From Patescibacteria group bacterium (GTDB taxonomy: Bacteria; Patescibacteriota; Patescibacteriia; Patescibacteriales; UBA12465), in contig JBAYIC010000008.1 in assembly GCA_041665845.1 (NCBI GenBank), positions 1,335-65,334 on the forward strand: a stretch of 64,000 bases of DNA, read 5' to 3'. The translations under genes were made by a program, and so were the position numbers. Under the pieces are notes generated by a model that was not told where the DNA came from, did no database searches, and saw only the letters and a program-made list of their open reading frames with translations. Numbering within the stretch: position 1 is the first letter of the stretch; each line of letters begins with the position of its first letter. This document shows positions 45,762 through 54,970 of the stretch, piece by piece.

Positions 45762-47027
45762 TTATTCGTATCTTAAAGCGTCAATTGGATCAAGTTTGGC
45801 GGCTTTAATCGCCGGAAATAAACCGAAAACAATACCGGTTAAAATTGAAACTCCGACCGATAATATTATCGAAGTTGCCGAAATAATAAACTCCCAATCA
45901 TAACCTAATTTAGTCATAACTAGAGAAATTAAATATGATATTAAAACTCCAATAATGATTCCCACGGCCCCGCCAAGACTAGTAAGCAAAACTGCTTCCA
46001 GCAAAAACTGGTTGCGAATTGCTTTTCGAGTTGCACCAACCGCTTTGCGTAATCCTATTTCTCGAGTTCTTTCACCGACAGTAGCGACCATAATATTTAA
46101 AATACCGATTCCGCCCACCACTAAAGAAATCCCAGCCATAGCTACTAAAAATAAACTAAGGGCATCGGTTATCGTAGATAACATCTTAACCGCCTCGGCT
46201 TGATTACGAATCTCAAAATCTAAATCTGCTTCATCTAATATATGATGTTGTTGTTTGATGGCCGCTTTTACGGAGGCAATGGTCGCCTCAATATTTTCAG
46301 CGTTATCCACTTTAATATAAATAGCGTTCAGATGATTTATTCCGAGAATTTGATTTTGACCGATAGCGAGGGGTAAAAAAACTAATAAATCTTGATTTTG
46401 AAAAAAGGAAGAACCTCTGGGAGCAATAACACCGATAACTCTCAGTGGTACTCCACCAGCATCTTCTTGAGTAACACTTTTTATTTTAATAATTTGACCA
46501 ACCGGGTTAACACCCGCCTCCTTAAATAGTTCATCGCTAATTTCCGATCCTAAAACAACAACATTAGCACCACCGGAACTTTCCGCCGCACTAAAAAACT
46601 GACCAGATTGCATAGTAAAATTAGCAATTTTAGTATATTCCTCATCAGTTCCCGTAAAAGAGGCATCGACTGTTTTATTATTCCAAACAACTGTAGCCGC
46701 TCCGGAAACCGAAGCATTAATAGCACTCGCATAAGGAACGCGTCCCTTATCTCGCAAGGCTTGAGCATCGCTTTCAACCAAGCTGGTGATGACTAATCCT
46801 GGAATTGGTGCACCATTTTCGGCCACTCTCCCTGGTTGGACAAAAAGTAAATTACTTCCCAATTTTGTTACTTGACCTAGAATTAAACTTTGAGCACCAC
46901 CGCCCAAAGACATAATAATAATAACACCGGCTACGCCAATAGTTATACCGAGAATCGTTAACATCGTTCGGCCTTTGCGGGCACGAAGATTTTTAACTAC
47001 TAATTTTACAATGGAAAGTGGTTTCAC
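45762..47027 (-). CDS. ABC transporter permease, MacB/FtsX family (second copy)
   Basis: 421 aa. Same architecture as the first copy. ERTREIGLRKAVGA. Confidence 0.88.
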   Translation of the reverse strand: MKPLSIVKLVVKNLRARKGRTMLTILGITIGVAGVIIIMSLGGGAQSLILGQVTKLGSNLLFVQPGRVAENGAPIPGLVITSLVESDAQALRDKGRVPYASAINASVSGAATVVWNNKTVDASFTGTDEEYTKIANFTMQSGQFFSAAESSGGANVVVLGSEISDELFKEAGVNPVGQIIKIKSVTQEDAGGVPLRVIGVIAPRGSSFFQNQDLLVFLPLAIGQNQILGINHLNAIYIKVDNAENIEATIASVKAAIKQQHHILDEADLDFEIRNQAEAVKMLSTITDALSLFLVAMAGISLVVGGIGILNIMVATVGERTREIGLRKAVGATRKAIRNQFLLEAVLLTSLGGAVGIIIGVLISYLISLVMTKLGYDWEFIISATSIILSVGVSILTGIVFGLFPAIKAAKLDPIDALRYE

Positions 47028-47045
47028 AAATTTGTGATAAGCTAA

Positions 47046-47762
47046 TTATTTAACAAGATCTTTATCGGCGTCGGCAATTGTTCTTTTTTCAACCTTATCA
47101 TCCGATAAAATATTTCCATCCTTAATTCTAATAATCCTTTTTGCATGATTAGCAGTATCAGTTTCGTGAGTAACAAGAATAATCGTGCGACCTTGATTAT
47201 TTAATTGTTGCAGTATAAACATCACCGTATTCCCCGATTTAGAATCTAAATTTCCAGTCGGTTCATCAGCAAAAATAACGGCCGGATTACAAACTAAAGC
47301 ACGAGCAATCGCAACCCGCTGTTTTTCACCACCAGAAATTTGATTAGTATAATAATTCAAACGATGGCCTAGACCAACCGACTCTAAAGATTTTTTAGCA
47401 AGCGCATCATGATTTTTTAATTTACTATAAGTTAAGGGTAATTTAACATTATCCAAAACGGTTGTTCTCGGTAGTAAATTAAAAGATTGGAACACAAAAC
47501 CAATTTCTTTATTGCGCAACTCAGCTAAATAATTATCATTAAAATCGGTAATATCCTTACCCTTAAATTCATATAAACCGGACGTTCCCCGCTCCAAAAA
47601 ACTAAGAATATGCATCAAGGTTGATTTTCCACTTCCTGATGGTCCCATGATAGCAACGAATTCACCCTGATCAATTTTAAAGTTTAAACCATGAAGAACC
47701 GGGGTCACAACATCGCCGGTATTATATTCCTTCTGTAAGTTTTCAATATTAATTAAATTCAT
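47046..47762 (-). CDS. ABC transporter ATP-binding protein (MacB/LolD-type)
   Basis: 238 aa. Walker [10 protein letters not shown], signature ISGGEKQR, Walker [12 protein letters not shown]. Confidence 0.92.
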   Translation of the reverse strand: MNLINIENLQKEYNTGDVVTPVLHGLNFKIDQGEFVAIMGPSGSGKSTLMHILSFLERGTSGLYEFKGKDITDFNDNYLAELRNKEIGFVFQSFNLLPRTTVLDNVKLPLTYSKLKNHDALAKKSLESVGLGHRLNYYTNQISGGEKQRVAIARALVCNPAVIFADEPTGNLDSKSGNTVMFILQQLNNQGRTIILVTHETDTANHAKRIIRIKDGNILSDDKVEKRTIADADKDLVK

Positions 47763-47783
47763 AGAGGCAAGACTTACAATAAA

Positions 47784-49541
47784 TTATTCTTTAATTAAAG
47801 TAACTATTTCTTGACCTTGGCTCAAGCCGCTTAAAATTTCAACTAAACCGCCATCCGCTTGCAGACCGGTTTGGACCTTAACTTGATCAAAAACTTTTGT
47901 TTTAGGATCTTTAATTAATCTAACATATTGTTCACCATTTTGATTAATAATCGCACTGCTAGAAACTGCTAAAGCATTTTCTCGAGCGGCAACTAAAACG
48001 GTCATATTAACTGTCATTCCTGGTTTAATCTCAGAAATATTTGGTAAATCAGCTTTTACTAAATAATTAACTACTCCGGAGATTACCGTTGAGGCCGGGT
48101 TAATGGTTAAAATCTTTCCTTCGAAATGGCGATCCGGGCCTAAAGCGTCAAACGTATAATCAACCGTTTGACCAATCTTCAAGCTCGCAACATTTGATTC
48201 ACTAACGTAAGCTTCCGTATGCAAAGAATTAATATTTTGCAAAGTAAAAACTGATTTCATGGCCGTTGCTTGTTCGCCAACCTTAGTATCTACTTGCGTA
48301 ATTGTTCCATCAGCTGGCGCTTTTAAGATTGTATTATCAAAAGCTGTTTGCGCGGCTTCAACCGTTCCGGCCGCCGACAATAATTGTGCACGAGCGGCAT
48401 CAATATCAGCTGGTCGAGCTTTCGCTTTTTGTTGAGCTAAGGTTGCTTCTGCTTGTTGCAAGGCGGCTTTAGCGCTATTAATTTGATTCTGAGCAGAATT
48501 AATTTGTGAGGTTGCCGATTGTTTATTATTAGTAACAGCGTTGATAGCGGCTGTTAAAGCGTCAGTCAAAGCTTGGCGGGAAGATTTAATCAGAGTGATT
48601 CCCGAATTTTCGCTAGATACAGCAGTATTAATCGTTAATTTGTAACTATCTAATTGAGCTTGGCTAAACTGTGAACTAATAGTTGTACTTTGCAAGGCGG
48701 TATAACAATAATTCAAAGCACTTATGTTTTGATTTAAAGCCGCTAAAGCATCACTGACCGCTTGATAAATATTAGTATCACTTTTATAGGCTTGGGCCGT
48801 CGCTAAACTATTACTAGCAATACTAAGAAGAGGCTGGACTTGACTATTAGCACTTTTAAAATTAATTACACTTGAAGAATCACTTACTCCAAAAACATAT
48901 TTTAAATTATTATCATCTAAGATTTGTTTTTGTTTATCTAAATCCGCTTTAACGGCTATTAATTGATTAGCAATATTAACTAAAATAGCGGAACGTTTAT
49001 TATCAGAAACTGAAATCGGCGATTGTAAGTCGTCTAAGGTTGCTTGGGCTTGGTTGATTGCTGTTTCGGTAGAATTTTGGATATTGGTTAATTGACTAAG
49101 AGTATTATTGTAGGCAACACGCGCCGAATCGACCGATTTTTGAGAAACATCAATTTGCTCCGCACTCGCTCCCGCCAAAACTTTACGGTAATTAGCGTTA
49201 GCCTGAGCTAATTGACCGCTCGCACTGGTTAAAGATGCTTTAACGTTAGCTTGGCTTAAAGTAGCTAAAACATCGCCTGTTTTAACTTGATCTCCGGTTT
49301 TAACGGAAATTGTTTCTACTACGCCGCTAGACTGAAAACTTAAACTCAAATTAGTCTCGCTAACCACTTGTCCTGTAGTTAAAACCGTTTGTTCAAGATT
49401 CTGCTGATTAACGGTAGTAGTTGAAATATTGGCCGCATTGTTTTTTGGTCGATATTGATAATACAAAACGCCTCCAATAATTAGCAGAATAATAATAGTC
49501 CAGATAATTTTCTTTTTAGTAAAGATGGAACGAATACTCAT
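47784..49541 (-). CDS. efflux periplasmic adaptor (HlyD/MacA family) with an unusually long coiled-coil hairpin
   Basis: 585 aa. N-terminal TM anchor. Biotinyl/lipoyl-like GDQVKTGDVLATL. About 300 aa of Q/A/S/N-rich coiled coil. C-terminal beta-barrel (GMTVNMTVLV). Confidence 0.85.
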   Translation of the reverse strand: MSIRSIFTKKKIIWTIIILLIIGGVLYYQYRPKNNAANISTTTVNQQNLEQTVLTTGQVVSETNLSLSFQSSGVVETISVKTGDQVKTGDVLATLSQANVKASLTSASGQLAQANANYRKVLAGASAEQIDVSQKSVDSARVAYNNTLSQLTNIQNSTETAINQAQATLDDLQSPISVSDNKRSAILVNIANQLIAVKADLDKQKQILDDNNLKYVFGVSDSSSVINFKSANSQVQPLLSIASNSLATAQAYKSDTNIYQAVSDALAALNQNISALNYCYTALQSTTISSQFSQAQLDSYKLTINTAVSSENSGITLIKSSRQALTDALTAAINAVTNNKQSATSQINSAQNQINSAKAALQQAEATLAQQKAKARPADIDAARAQLLSAAGTVEAAQTAFDNTILKAPADGTITQVDTKVGEQATAMKSVFTLQNINSLHTEAYVSESNVASLKIGQTVDYTFDALGPDRHFEGKILTINPASTVISGVVNYLVKADLPNISEIKPGMTVNMTVLVAARENALAVSSSAIINQNGEQYVRLIKDPKTKVFDQVKVQTGLQADGGLVEILSGLSQGQEIVTLIKE

Positions 49542-49593
49542 AAAATAGGTGATTAATATTTTTTATTTTTTAAATATGTTAATTAATTATTAC

Positions 49594-49622
49594 TTTAGTT
49601 GATTATTATTTTAGCAACTAAA
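49594..49622. promoter_or_regulatory. palindrome overlapping the efflux-operon promoter (candidate MarR operator)
   Basis: TTTAGTTG (49594-49601), then 13 nt, then CAACTAAA (49615-49622). The right arm overlaps the TGc element (49614-49616) and the intervening 13 nt contain the -10 box (49608-49613). Confidence 0.4.
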
Positions 49623-49636
49623 CTAAAATTTGTCAA
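49608..49636 (-). promoter_or_regulatory. extended -10 promoter of the 8-gene efflux operon
   Basis: Gene-sense TTGACA, 17-nt spacer ending TGc, TAAAAT. Confidence 0.6.
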
Positions 49637-49667
49637 GTAAAAAGGGCTCGATTGAAACCGAACCCTT
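49637..49667 (-). terminator. strand-specific terminator of the KH-domain ORFan
   Basis: Minus-sense AAGGGTTCG-gtttcaat-CGAGCCCTT (one G:U pair, a C:A mismatch on the plus strand), followed by TTTTT. It abuts the next promoter. Confidence 0.65.
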
Positions 49668-49704
49668 CTCAACAATTTTTAGAAAATCCTTATGCTTTTT
49701 TATG

Positions 49705-50538
49705 TTAAATGACATAAAGTTTTTTACCTAATCTTTCGGCGGAGCTTTTTATGTTAAGCCCGTCTTTTCCAATTACAATTCCCTTCATTTCTTCAGGAAT
49801 TTTAAGATTAACTGCATGCTTATCTTGAATGCGGGCGGTATTAAGTAAAACCACTCGATAAGTATGTGTTAATTTGCAGCGATGATCCTGAGTATAAAGA
49901 ATACAGCGTTTGCCCAGTTCAAAATAATGCTCTGGGATATCGGTGAATTCAAACTCCTCATGGCCACCGAGATCCATGACCGCCGTCAATCCAAAGTCTT
50001 TTGAAGCTTGAAAAAACTTATTAGCAAAGTAAGCTTGCTTACGACGTTGCCATTCTTTTTTTGCTTCATCAACTTTCAAATGCGCTTCAATCATTTCGAA
50101 AGTAGCGGGAACTTGCCCAAAATAATTTTCTTCTAAATCAAGAATAAACTGATCATGGAAGAAAAGTTTTTTAGTAAGGCCAACAGCTTCTTTTTGACGA
50201 CCTCGCAGAGCGCCAACAACAAGCAAGGGGGCGATAAATTCATCGGTAACCGGATTAATCTTTCGCACAATAAAATAATTGCGCACTTCAAATCCAGAAT
50301 TACCTTTATGTTCAGACTCATATCCCCACTCTTTTAAAATAGAGACTTCCCCTTCACAGTCACCGGGAATTGTCGGCCATTTTTCCTCGACGGGCTCGAT
50401 TTTGAACTCTGGTGTTACTAAACTCAAAACTTTCTCGCCAATTGGTAAGACTCTCCAGCCGCCATTCGTTTCCAAATATTGGCGCTGGACCCAGAACAGT
50501 TTTCCAACGATTTCTTCGTTTACTTCCAGAAGTTTCAT
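49705..50538 (-). CDS. ORFan protein with a C-terminal KH (RNA-binding) domain
   Basis: 277 aa. The last ~45 aa are IPEEMKGIVIGKDGLNIKSSAERLGKKLYVI, which fits the KH GXXG loop (IGKDG). The N-terminal ~230 aa is unrecognised. Confidence 0.65.
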   Translation of the reverse strand: MKLLEVNEEIVGKLFWVQRQYLETNGGWRVLPIGEKVLSLVTPEFKIEPVEEKWPTIPGDCEGEVSILKEWGYESEHKGNSGFEVRNYFIVRKINPVTDEFIAPLLVVGALRGRQKEAVGLTKKLFFHDQFILDLEENYFGQVPATFEMIEAHLKVDEAKKEWQRRKQAYFANKFFQASKDFGLTAVMDLGGHEEFEFTDIPEHYFELGKRCILYTQDHRCKLTHTYRVVLLNTARIQDKHAVNLKIPEEMKGIVIGKDGLNIKSSAERLGKKLYVI

Positions 50539-50612
50539 TTTTTATCATGTTTTAGTTTTTGGTGAAAATTTTATTTTGTTTTTAATGTTATTAATGTTCA
50601 AAGCAATAAAAA

Positions 50613-50641
50613 AATATATCACGAAGTTATGTTATTGTAAA
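50613..50641 (-). promoter_or_regulatory. extended -10 promoter (ORFan cassette type)
   Basis: Gene-sense TTTACAATAACATAACTTCGTGATATATT. The downstream TTTTTTTATTGCTTTGAACATTAATAAC resembles the 40046-40074 unit. Confidence 0.6.
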
Positions 50642-50692
50642 GACTAATCGTAACACTGGCCACAGCCCAACCGAGCTACTAAGCTACTAACA

Positions 50693-50721
50693 TTTCATAC
50701 AATATATTAATATGCTATAAT
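50693..50721 (+). promoter_or_regulatory. candidate promoter of the sensor cluster
   Basis: Weak -35 TTTCAT, 17-nt spacer ending TGc, TATAAT (50716-50721). Confidence 0.45.
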
Positions 50722-50748
50722 TATTTTATACTCTTTATATATTTTTTT

Positions 50749-51546
50749 ATGAAAAAAAGAAATAACTTTCTTCTTGGCGGGATTATCTTCACTATTATTG
50801 CAATTATTGGTATCGGTCTTTGGTATCAAAATAGCTTGCAAGATAATTCCTTGTCTAACGTAGAAAATAAAGGCGTGCTAGTCGTCGGGAGCAGCTTACC
50901 TTATGGCCAAATGGAGTTTTTTGATAACAACAAGCCGGCCGGTATAGACGTTGATATTGTAACGGAGATAGCTAAACGTTTAGGCGTTAAATTAGATTTT
51001 AAAAACTATGATTGGGACGATCTCTTCATCGCAACCAACAAAGGCGAAATTGATTTAGCAATTTCTAGTATTACAATTACACCGGAACGTGAACGACTTA
51101 TACTTTTTAGTATTCCCTACTTCAATGCCGGTCAAGCAATAATAACCAATACTAATAATGAAATTAAAGGAATAAATGATCTCAAAGATAAAAAAATTGC
51201 CGTTGAAAAAAATACTACTGGCCATGCCGAAGCAAAGAAGTATACCCAAGAAAATTTAATTTATACCTTTCTCAATCCTGAAAATGATAACGATATGACT
51301 CATATTATAAACGACCTTAAAAACAATGAGTTTGACGCTATAATTGTTGATTATGTTCAAGCTTTAGATATCACTAAAAAACATGCAGGGGTAAAGATAG
51401 TTGGCGTTCCGTTTACTAAAGAAAATTACGGTATCGCTACAAAAATTAGCAATGATTCTTTAATAAAAGAAGTTAATTTTATTCTACAGGGCATGATTGA
51501 TGACGGTACCTTAGAAACAATAAAAACAAATTGGACTAAATTTTAA
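50749..51546 (+). CDS. membrane-anchored solute-binding protein, family 3 (amino-acid/polar ligand type)
   Basis: 265 aa. N-terminal TM anchor. SBP_bac_3-like sequence (GVLVVGSSLPYGQMEFFDNNKPAGIDVDIVTEIAKRLG, DLAISSITITPER). Confidence 0.8.
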   Translation: MKKRNNFLLGGIIFTIIAIIGIGLWYQNSLQDNSLSNVENKGVLVVGSSLPYGQMEFFDNNKPAGIDVDIVTEIAKRLGVKLDFKNYDWDDLFIATNKGEIDLAISSITITPERERLILFSIPYFNAGQAIITNTNNEIKGINDLKDKKIAVEKNTTGHAEAKKYTQENLIYTFLNPENDNDMTHIINDLKNNEFDAIIVDYVQALDITKKHAGVKIVGVPFTKENYGIATKISNDSLIKEVNFILQGMIDDGTLETIKTNWTKF

Positions 51547-51567
51547 TTTAATTAGATTAGAAAAATT

Positions 51568-51951
51568 ATGAAAATTTTAATTATTGACGATGACGAAAAC
51601 GCAACTACAACTCTTAAAGCTCTTTTAATGAGCCAAGACGGTTATGAAATTGACGTTGCTTTCAGCGGCCAAAAAGGGTTAGAAAAAATGAAGGCTACTT
51701 CTGATTATAATTTAATTATTCTTGATGTTATGATGCCTGGTTTGAGCGGAATTGATGTTTGCAGAGAGATGTCTCAAAATGAAAAATTAAAAAATATTCC
51801 CGTTCTCCTAGCTTCTGCTCTACCGATTACCTCTAAAGAATTAGGGGAATTAATGGAGGAATTTAAAGCCTTGAACGTTGTGAAAGGCGCTCTAGAAAAA
51901 CCCTTTGTTTTAGAAAATTTGTTAGCGGAAATAAAAAAAACAGTTCAGTAA
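51568..51951 (+). CDS. stand-alone response-regulator receiver protein (CheY-like)
   Basis: 127 aa. Acidic pocket IIDDDE. Phospho-acceptor context LIILDVMMPGLSG. No output domain. Confidence 0.88.
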   Translation: MKILIIDDDENATTTLKALLMSQDGYEIDVAFSGQKGLEKMKATSDYNLIILDVMMPGLSGIDVCREMSQNEKLKNIPVLLASALPITSKELGELMEEFKALNVVKGALEKPFVLENLLAEIKKTVQ

Positions 51952-51984
51952 ATTTTTAAAAAGTTATTAATTTTTTAAAAAGTT

Positions 51985-53034
51985 ATGAAAAAAATTATAA
52001 TTATCCTCATCGTTGGGATTGGTTTAATTGCCGGATTTATTTATTTCTTAAATCATTCCTTAACTGAAAAAGAAATTTCAATTGCTGGAGAAAAACCGGC
52101 GATGATCGGATTTTCCATGGGAACAACTCGTGAAGAAAGGTGGTTTAAAGACCGTGATTTCTTTATTGAAAGAGCGCAAAAATTAGGAGCAGTCGTTAAT
52201 GTGACTTTATCCGACTACGACGCAGAAAAGCAAAATCTACAAATAGAAAGTTTAATCAGCCAAGGTGTAAAAGTTATTATAGTTATCCCAGCTGACTCAG
52301 AAAAAATTGCCCCGGCGATTAAAGAGGCTAATCAGGCTGGCATAAAAATAATTGCTTATGATAGACTGATAAAAGATAGCAATATTGATTCATATATCTC
52401 TTTTAATAACGTTAAAGTTGGCGAATTAGAAGCCCAAAGTGTCTTATCTGTTGTCGATAAAGGTAACTTTGCTTATATTGGTGGATCACCAACAGATAAT
52501 AATGCTTCTCTACTCAAAGAAGGAACGATGAATATTTTAAAGCCAAAAATTGAGAATGGTGATATTAATTTAGTAATCGATCAGTTTATGACCGATTGGA
52601 AGCCGGAAGAAGCATACAAAACTATCAAAAATTATTTGCAATCCGGGGGAAAACTAGATGCCGTTATTGCCGCTAATGACGGTACGGCTTCCGGGGTAAT
52701 TCAAGCACTTCAAGAATTTGGTTTAGCGGGAAAGATTCCGGTATCAGGTCAAGATGCTGAATTATCGGCAACCCAAAGAATAGTAGCCGGTACGCAAACT
52801 TCTACTGTCTATAAACCGATTAATTCCTTAGCCTATATGGCGGCAGAAATTGCAGTCGCTATGGCTAACGGCACAACGCCAACTACTATGAATTTTATTG
52901 ACAACGGGAAAGTTCAAGTTCCTTCCTTTTTTCTAGAACCAATTATAGTCGATAAAAATAATATGGATGATACAATCATTAAAGACGGATTTCATACCTA
53001 TGAAGAAGTTTACCAATCGGTGATTAAACAATAA
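51985..53034 (+). CDS. membrane-anchored periplasmic sugar-binding protein (Peripla_BP_4, XylF/RbsB-like)
   Basis: 349 aa. N-terminal TM anchor. VKVIIVIPADSEKIAPAIKEANQAGIKIIAYDR, AVIAANDGTASGVIQAL. Confidence 0.8.
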   Translation: MKKIIIILIVGIGLIAGFIYFLNHSLTEKEISIAGEKPAMIGFSMGTTREERWFKDRDFFIERAQKLGAVVNVTLSDYDAEKQNLQIESLISQGVKVIIVIPADSEKIAPAIKEANQAGIKIIAYDRLIKDSNIDSYISFNNVKVGELEAQSVLSVVDKGNFAYIGGSPTDNNASLLKEGTMNILKPKIENGDINLVIDQFMTDWKPEEAYKTIKNYLQSGGKLDAVIAANDGTASGVIQALQEFGLAGKIPVSGQDAELSATQRIVAGTQTSTVYKPINSLAYMAAEIAVAMANGTTPTTMNFIDNGKVQVPSFFLEPIIVDKNNMDDTIIKDGFHTYEEVYQSVIKQ

Positions 53035-53051
53035 ATTGAAATCAACTTTGT

Positions 53052-54953
53052 ATGCCCGGTATAAAAAAGAGAATCTTAACTACATTTTTTTCAATCATTG
53101 CTATTCTTTTAATTTCAGAAGGCTTTTTTATAACCATAGATTATATTATTTTGTCGAAGTATATGGTTTTAACCGACAACATGATATCAGAATATCGTCT
53201 TATTGATAACACTAATTCTTTAATCACCTATTTTAACAAAAGAATCAAATCCCCTCTAGACCAAACGGAAATCAATCAATTCAACGCAGTTTATTCTGAG
53301 ACTAAAAATTTGTTACTCAAATTAGATAAAACAATTACTAGCAGCAAAAGCAAGATTGTCTTTTCTTCCTTAAAAAACAGTATTAACGATATTATTTTTA
53401 ATGTTGAAATAGGGGTGAATGATCTAAAAAATGGAAATTATTTAGAAGCGGTTGATAGATACAATGAGGCTAACCGCAAAGGTGGTTTTATTAAAGAAAA
53501 TACTACCAATCTTATCCTCAAAGAGTTGGAATACGCTAAAAATTTACAAGTTGAAATTGATAAAGTTAGACTCATGAGCCAAATCATCGGTGCTTTATTA
53601 CTACTTATAACGTCGATTGGTTCCGTTTGGTATGCGATTATCTTTTCTCAGCGTTTTATTTCTCCAATTATTGATTTAACTAAAATCGCTAAAGATATCG
53701 AATCAGGGAATTTAAATGCTCAAATAAACAACTCCGTATTAGAAAGTAGTGATGAAGTTTCAAGCTTAGCGAATTCTTTCAACGCGATGGTTGTCTCACT
53801 TAGAAATAATATTAAAAAGCTGCAAGAATATAACACGGAAATAAAAAATTCTCGCAATTACTTAAAATCAGAAAGACGCAAATTACAACAATACTTAGAT
53901 ACTGCTGGTATTATAGTTTTAGTCTTTGACTATAATAATCATATTTTGTTGATAAATAAAAAAGGACAAGAACTTTTAGGGATTAAAAATAAAGAAGCTA
54001 TTGGTTTAGATTGGATTATAAGTTTCGTTGCTAAAAAATATCAACTAAAAACTAAAAATTTATTAGCGCTTCTGATTGGTGATCCAACAATCATTGATAC
54101 CTTGGAAAATGTAATCGTCTCAAAAGATAAAACAGAAAAAAATATTGTTTGGCATTTTAGTCCTTTAAGTAGTGAAACTAATGTTTCACAAACAATTTTA
54201 GCGACGGGAATTGATGTGACCGAACTAACTAAGGCTAAAATTACCATCAATCAACTTAAAGAAGTTGATACTCTAAAAAATGAAGTTTTAAATATTGCTA
54301 CCCACGAACTCAAGACTCCTCTTATTTCTATCGTCGGTTTATCGGAAGTAATGGAAAAACAACCAAAAACTATGCCTTCGGAATATAAAAATTTTATTTC
54401 TATAATTCATCAGGAAGGCATTAAGCTCACCGGATTGATTAAAACAATGCTTACCGCGAGCCGCAATGAAATTGGAAATCAGACGGTTACTAAAGAAAAA
54501 TTCAACCTGGCGGATTTGGTTATGTCGCTTCAAACTTCTCTTGAAATTCTAGTAAAAAGAACTGATTCTAAGATTAAATTTAATATTCAAACCACCAAAA
54601 TTGATATCGAAAGTGATAAAATAAAAATATCTCAAATAATTTATAATTTTGTTGATAACGCTGTAAAATATGGTCCCAATAACCAAACAATTGATATAAA
54701 TCTTTCTTTAACCGACGACAAATTTGCTAGAGTAGAGGTTCGAGGAGACGGAAAAGGAATTCCAAAATTAATGCAAAAGAAATTGTTCATGAAATTCTCT
54801 CAACTCGAGCCTTCTTTATCACGCTCTCAAGATGGTATGGGCTTAGGGCTTTATATTTGCAAACAAAACATAGAAAGCTTAGGCGGTCATATCGGAGTTG
54901 AAAGTGAAGAAAATAAAGGAGCGACTTTCTATTTTACAATACCTTTGACTTAA
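53052..54953 (+). CDS. sensor histidine kinase (2 TM, HAMP, PAS, HisKA, HATPase_c)
   Basis: 633 aa. HAMP region SPIIDLTKIAKDIESGNL...LANSFNAMV. H-box IATHELKTPL. G-boxes DGKGIP and GMGLGLYICK. Confidence 0.9.
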   Translation: MPGIKKRILTTFFSIIAILLISEGFFITIDYIILSKYMVLTDNMISEYRLIDNTNSLITYFNKRIKSPLDQTEINQFNAVYSETKNLLLKLDKTITSSKSKIVFSSLKNSINDIIFNVEIGVNDLKNGNYLEAVDRYNEANRKGGFIKENTTNLILKELEYAKNLQVEIDKVRLMSQIIGALLLLITSIGSVWYAIIFSQRFISPIIDLTKIAKDIESGNLNAQINNSVLESSDEVSSLANSFNAMVVSLRNNIKKLQEYNTEIKNSRNYLKSERRKLQQYLDTAGIIVLVFDYNNHILLINKKGQELLGIKNKEAIGLDWIISFVAKKYQLKTKNLLALLIGDPTIIDTLENVIVSKDKTEKNIVWHFSPLSSETNVSQTILATGIDVTELTKAKITINQLKEVDTLKNEVLNIATHELKTPLISIVGLSEVMEKQPKTMPSEYKNFISIIHQEGIKLTGLIKTMLTASRNEIGNQTVTKEKFNLADLVMSLQTSLEILVKRTDSKIKFNIQTTKIDIESDKIKISQIIYNFVDNAVKYGPNNQTIDINLSLTDDKFARVEVRGDGKGIPKLMQKKLFMKFSQLEPSLSRSQDGMGLGLYICKQNIESLGGHIGVESEENKGATFYFTIPLT

Positions 54954-54970
54954 AAATAAAAAATAAAAAT

